From the NCBI RefSeq assembly GCF_006345805.1, contig NW_021828394.1:1-8832 (forward strand): DNA of 8,832 nt. Direction: 5' to 3'. The stretch comes from Octopus sinensis. Taxonomy: Eukaryota. Shown in pieces: positions 6,785 to 8,832 of the stretch; positions within the stretch are counted from its first letter, which is position 1, and each line of letters begins with the position of its first letter. The notes beneath the pieces were generated by a model, which saw only the letters and a program-made list of their open reading frames with translations, was not told where the DNA came from and made no database searches. A program made the position numbers and the translations under genes.

Positions 6785-7053
6785 TATATCTATCTTTCTA
6801 CCTGCCTCTCTTTTTCTCATCTCTCACAAAATATCTATATCTATCCCCTTTCTCTGTCTCTCTTTCTCTGTCATCCTCCCTCCCCACTCCTCTCTCCATC
6901 TGCCCCCACTTGTTCATCTCCGCCACCACCACCATTACCAGTCACTCTCCACCACCTTCACACGTGCCTCCGGCCCCACCCACCCGCAGCAATCTGTGCC
7001 ACCAGCCAGGCAGGTGGTTCACTGATATACCTCACCTCACCTCACATCACAGC

Positions 7054-7409
7054 AAGAGAGATAGATAGATAGATAGACAGAAAGGGAGAGAGAGAGATAG
7101 GACAGGAGAGAGAGAAAGTGAGAAAGAGAAAGAAAGAGAGAAAGAGAAAGAGAGAGAGAAGGAAAGAGAGTAAGAGAGAGAGAAGGAAAGAGAGAGAGAG
7201 TAAGAGAGAAGGAGTGTAAGAGATAGAGAGAGAAAGAGAGTGAGAGACAAAGAGAGAGAGACAGTAAGAGAGAGAAAGAGAGAGTAAGAGAGCAAGAGAG
7301 AGAGACAGTAAGAGAGAGTAAGAGAGAGAAAAAGAGATAGAGATAGAGAGAGAGAAAGAGAGCAAGAGTGAGAGACAGTAAGAGAGAGAGTAAGAGAGAG
7401 AGAGAGAGA
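7054..7409 (+). repeat. Interrupted (GA)n polypurine tract, ~355 bp
   Basis: Direct reading, with repeated sub-motifs such as ACAGTAAGAGAG at 7261, 7306 and 7375. Confidence 0.95.
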
Positions 7410-7677
7410 TCATCATCATCATTTCACCCGCTGCCGTTGGGGATCGAAGCAGCTTCAACCGGTGCTGGCTGGTTTGTCAGCTGGTTGATGCCTGCAGTGA
7501 AAGGAGAGAAGGAGGCAGGGCACAAAAAAAAACAACAACAACACGAGGTGGTGGAGAGGGGGGAAATGGGGGTGGGGGATGGCATTTACGACAGCCAGTG
7601 GGAGGGAAAAACATAGTGCTGGGGAGGAAGGATTATGTGCAGCGAGGCAGGTGAATGACAAGGTTCTTGCTATTCTT

Positions 7678-7740
7678 GTTTTGGTAGTTGCTGTTGTTGT
7701 TGTTGTTCTTGTTTGTGATGTTGTTGTTATTGTTTTGGTG
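7678..7740 (+). repeat. Imperfect (GTT)n tract
   Basis: Direct reading. Confidence 0.85.
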
Positions 7741-7864
7741 GTTCCTGTACCCCACCCCCTATTTTTTATGTAACTAAGAATCATATGAGCCTAGATATAC
7801 AAAATATCAAGAAAACTGGCTAGAAATAGCTCAAAATTCCCTCAAATCTCTTTGACCCTTATTT

Positions 7865-7925
7865 TTAACCCTTTAACATTCAGATTACTCTGCCAAATCT
7901 AATCCTTATTTATCCACATTATTTC
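7865..7925 (+). mobile_element. Putative left end of a TTAA-targeting (piggyBac-like) non-autonomous element
   Basis: TTAA at 7865-7868 is followed directly by CCCTTT, and the sequence leads into the tandem array. No matching AAAGGGTTAA right end is seen in the window. Confidence 0.4.
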
Positions 7926-8725
7926 GAATTAATCCCGCATTATCTCATAGCTTTGAGATTTCAAAGATGTGATTGTTTATTTTTAGAATGACATTGTAGG
8001 GTAGGTGTGAATGGCTGGATCTGGTCTTGTTTTGAATTAATCATGCATTATCTCATAGCTTTGAGATTTCAATGATGAGATTGTATATTTTTAGAATGAC
8101 ATTGTAGGGTAGGTGTGAGAGGCTGGATCTGGCCTTGTTTTCTATTAATCATGCATTATCTCATAGCTTTGAGATTTCAATGATGTGATTGTTTATTTTT
8201 AGAATGACATTGTAGGGTAGGTGTGAGAGGCTGGATCTGGCCTTGTTTTGAATTAATCATGCATTATCTCATGGCTTTGAGATATCAATAATGTTTATTT
8301 TTAGAATGACATTGTAGGGTAGGTGTGAGAGGCTGGATCAGGCCTTGTTTTGAATTAATCATGCAATATCTCATAGCTTTGATATATTAATAATGTTTAT
8401 TTTTAGAATGACATTGTAGGGTAGGTGTGAGAGGCTGGATCTGGCCTTGTTTTGAATTAATCATGCATTATCTCATAGCTTTCAGATATCAATAATGTTT
8501 ATTTTTAGAATAACATTGTAGGGTAGGTGTGAGAGGCTGGATCAGGCCTTGTTTTGAATTAATCATGCATTATCTCATAGCTTTGAGATTTCAATAATGT
8601 TTATTTTTAGAATGACATTGTAGGGTAGGTGTGAGAGGCTGGATCAGGCCTTGTTTTGAATTAATCATGCATTATCTCATAGCTTTGAGATTTCAATAAT
8701 GTTTATTTTTAGAATGACATTGTAG
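7926..8725 (+). repeat. Tandem array: 3 x 108 bp + 4 x 102 bp + 68-bp partial unit
   Basis: The anchor GAATTAATC (CTATTAATC in unit 3) starts at 7926, 8034, 8142, 8250, 8352, 8454, 8556 and 8658. Units are highly similar and there are no unique spacers. Confidence 0.97.
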
Positions 8726-8832
8726 AATGACAACTTCTGGCTCTGTAGTATAAATGTCTAGCTTTTGTAAGTTCTGAATTAAAATCTTCCACCAAACCTT
8801 AGTCACAATTTATGTTCCTAACACTAGCTGAA

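Noticed and set aside
7042-7784. Leu/Ser-rich, Arg/Glu-rich and Thr-rich ORFs
   Set aside because: Translations of (GA)n and (GTT)n tracts with no recognisable domain.
7926-8725. CRISPR array
   Set aside because: Whole units repeat with no unique spacers, and the context is eukaryotic.

Overview
AT-rich eukaryotic intergenic or intronic DNA, almost entirely repeats. The tRNA-head/CORE-like SINEs and long (TA)n, (GGT)n, (CCA)n and (GA)n tracts resemble Octopus genomic DNA; this attribution is from recognition and is not verified. No intact protein-coding gene is supported, and nearly all listed ORFs are microsatellite artefacts. The most notable locus is 3394-4244. It begins with the left end of an IR/DR-type Tc1/mariner transposon and the N-terminal DNA-binding part of its transposase. 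This breaks off at ~3930 into a 36-bp inverted piece of a fucose mutarotase (FUOM/FucU) coding sequence, followed by a putative 5' leader and an uninterrupted, disabled, 3'-truncated FUOM copy. The arrangement looks like host-gene or cDNA capture by template switching, and it would form a hairpin if transcribed. The window also holds a decayed RTE-like LINE endonuclease fragment, two SINE-like families (four and two or three pieces), and a 108/102-bp tandem array grown inside a TTAA|CCCT (piggyBac-like) element end.
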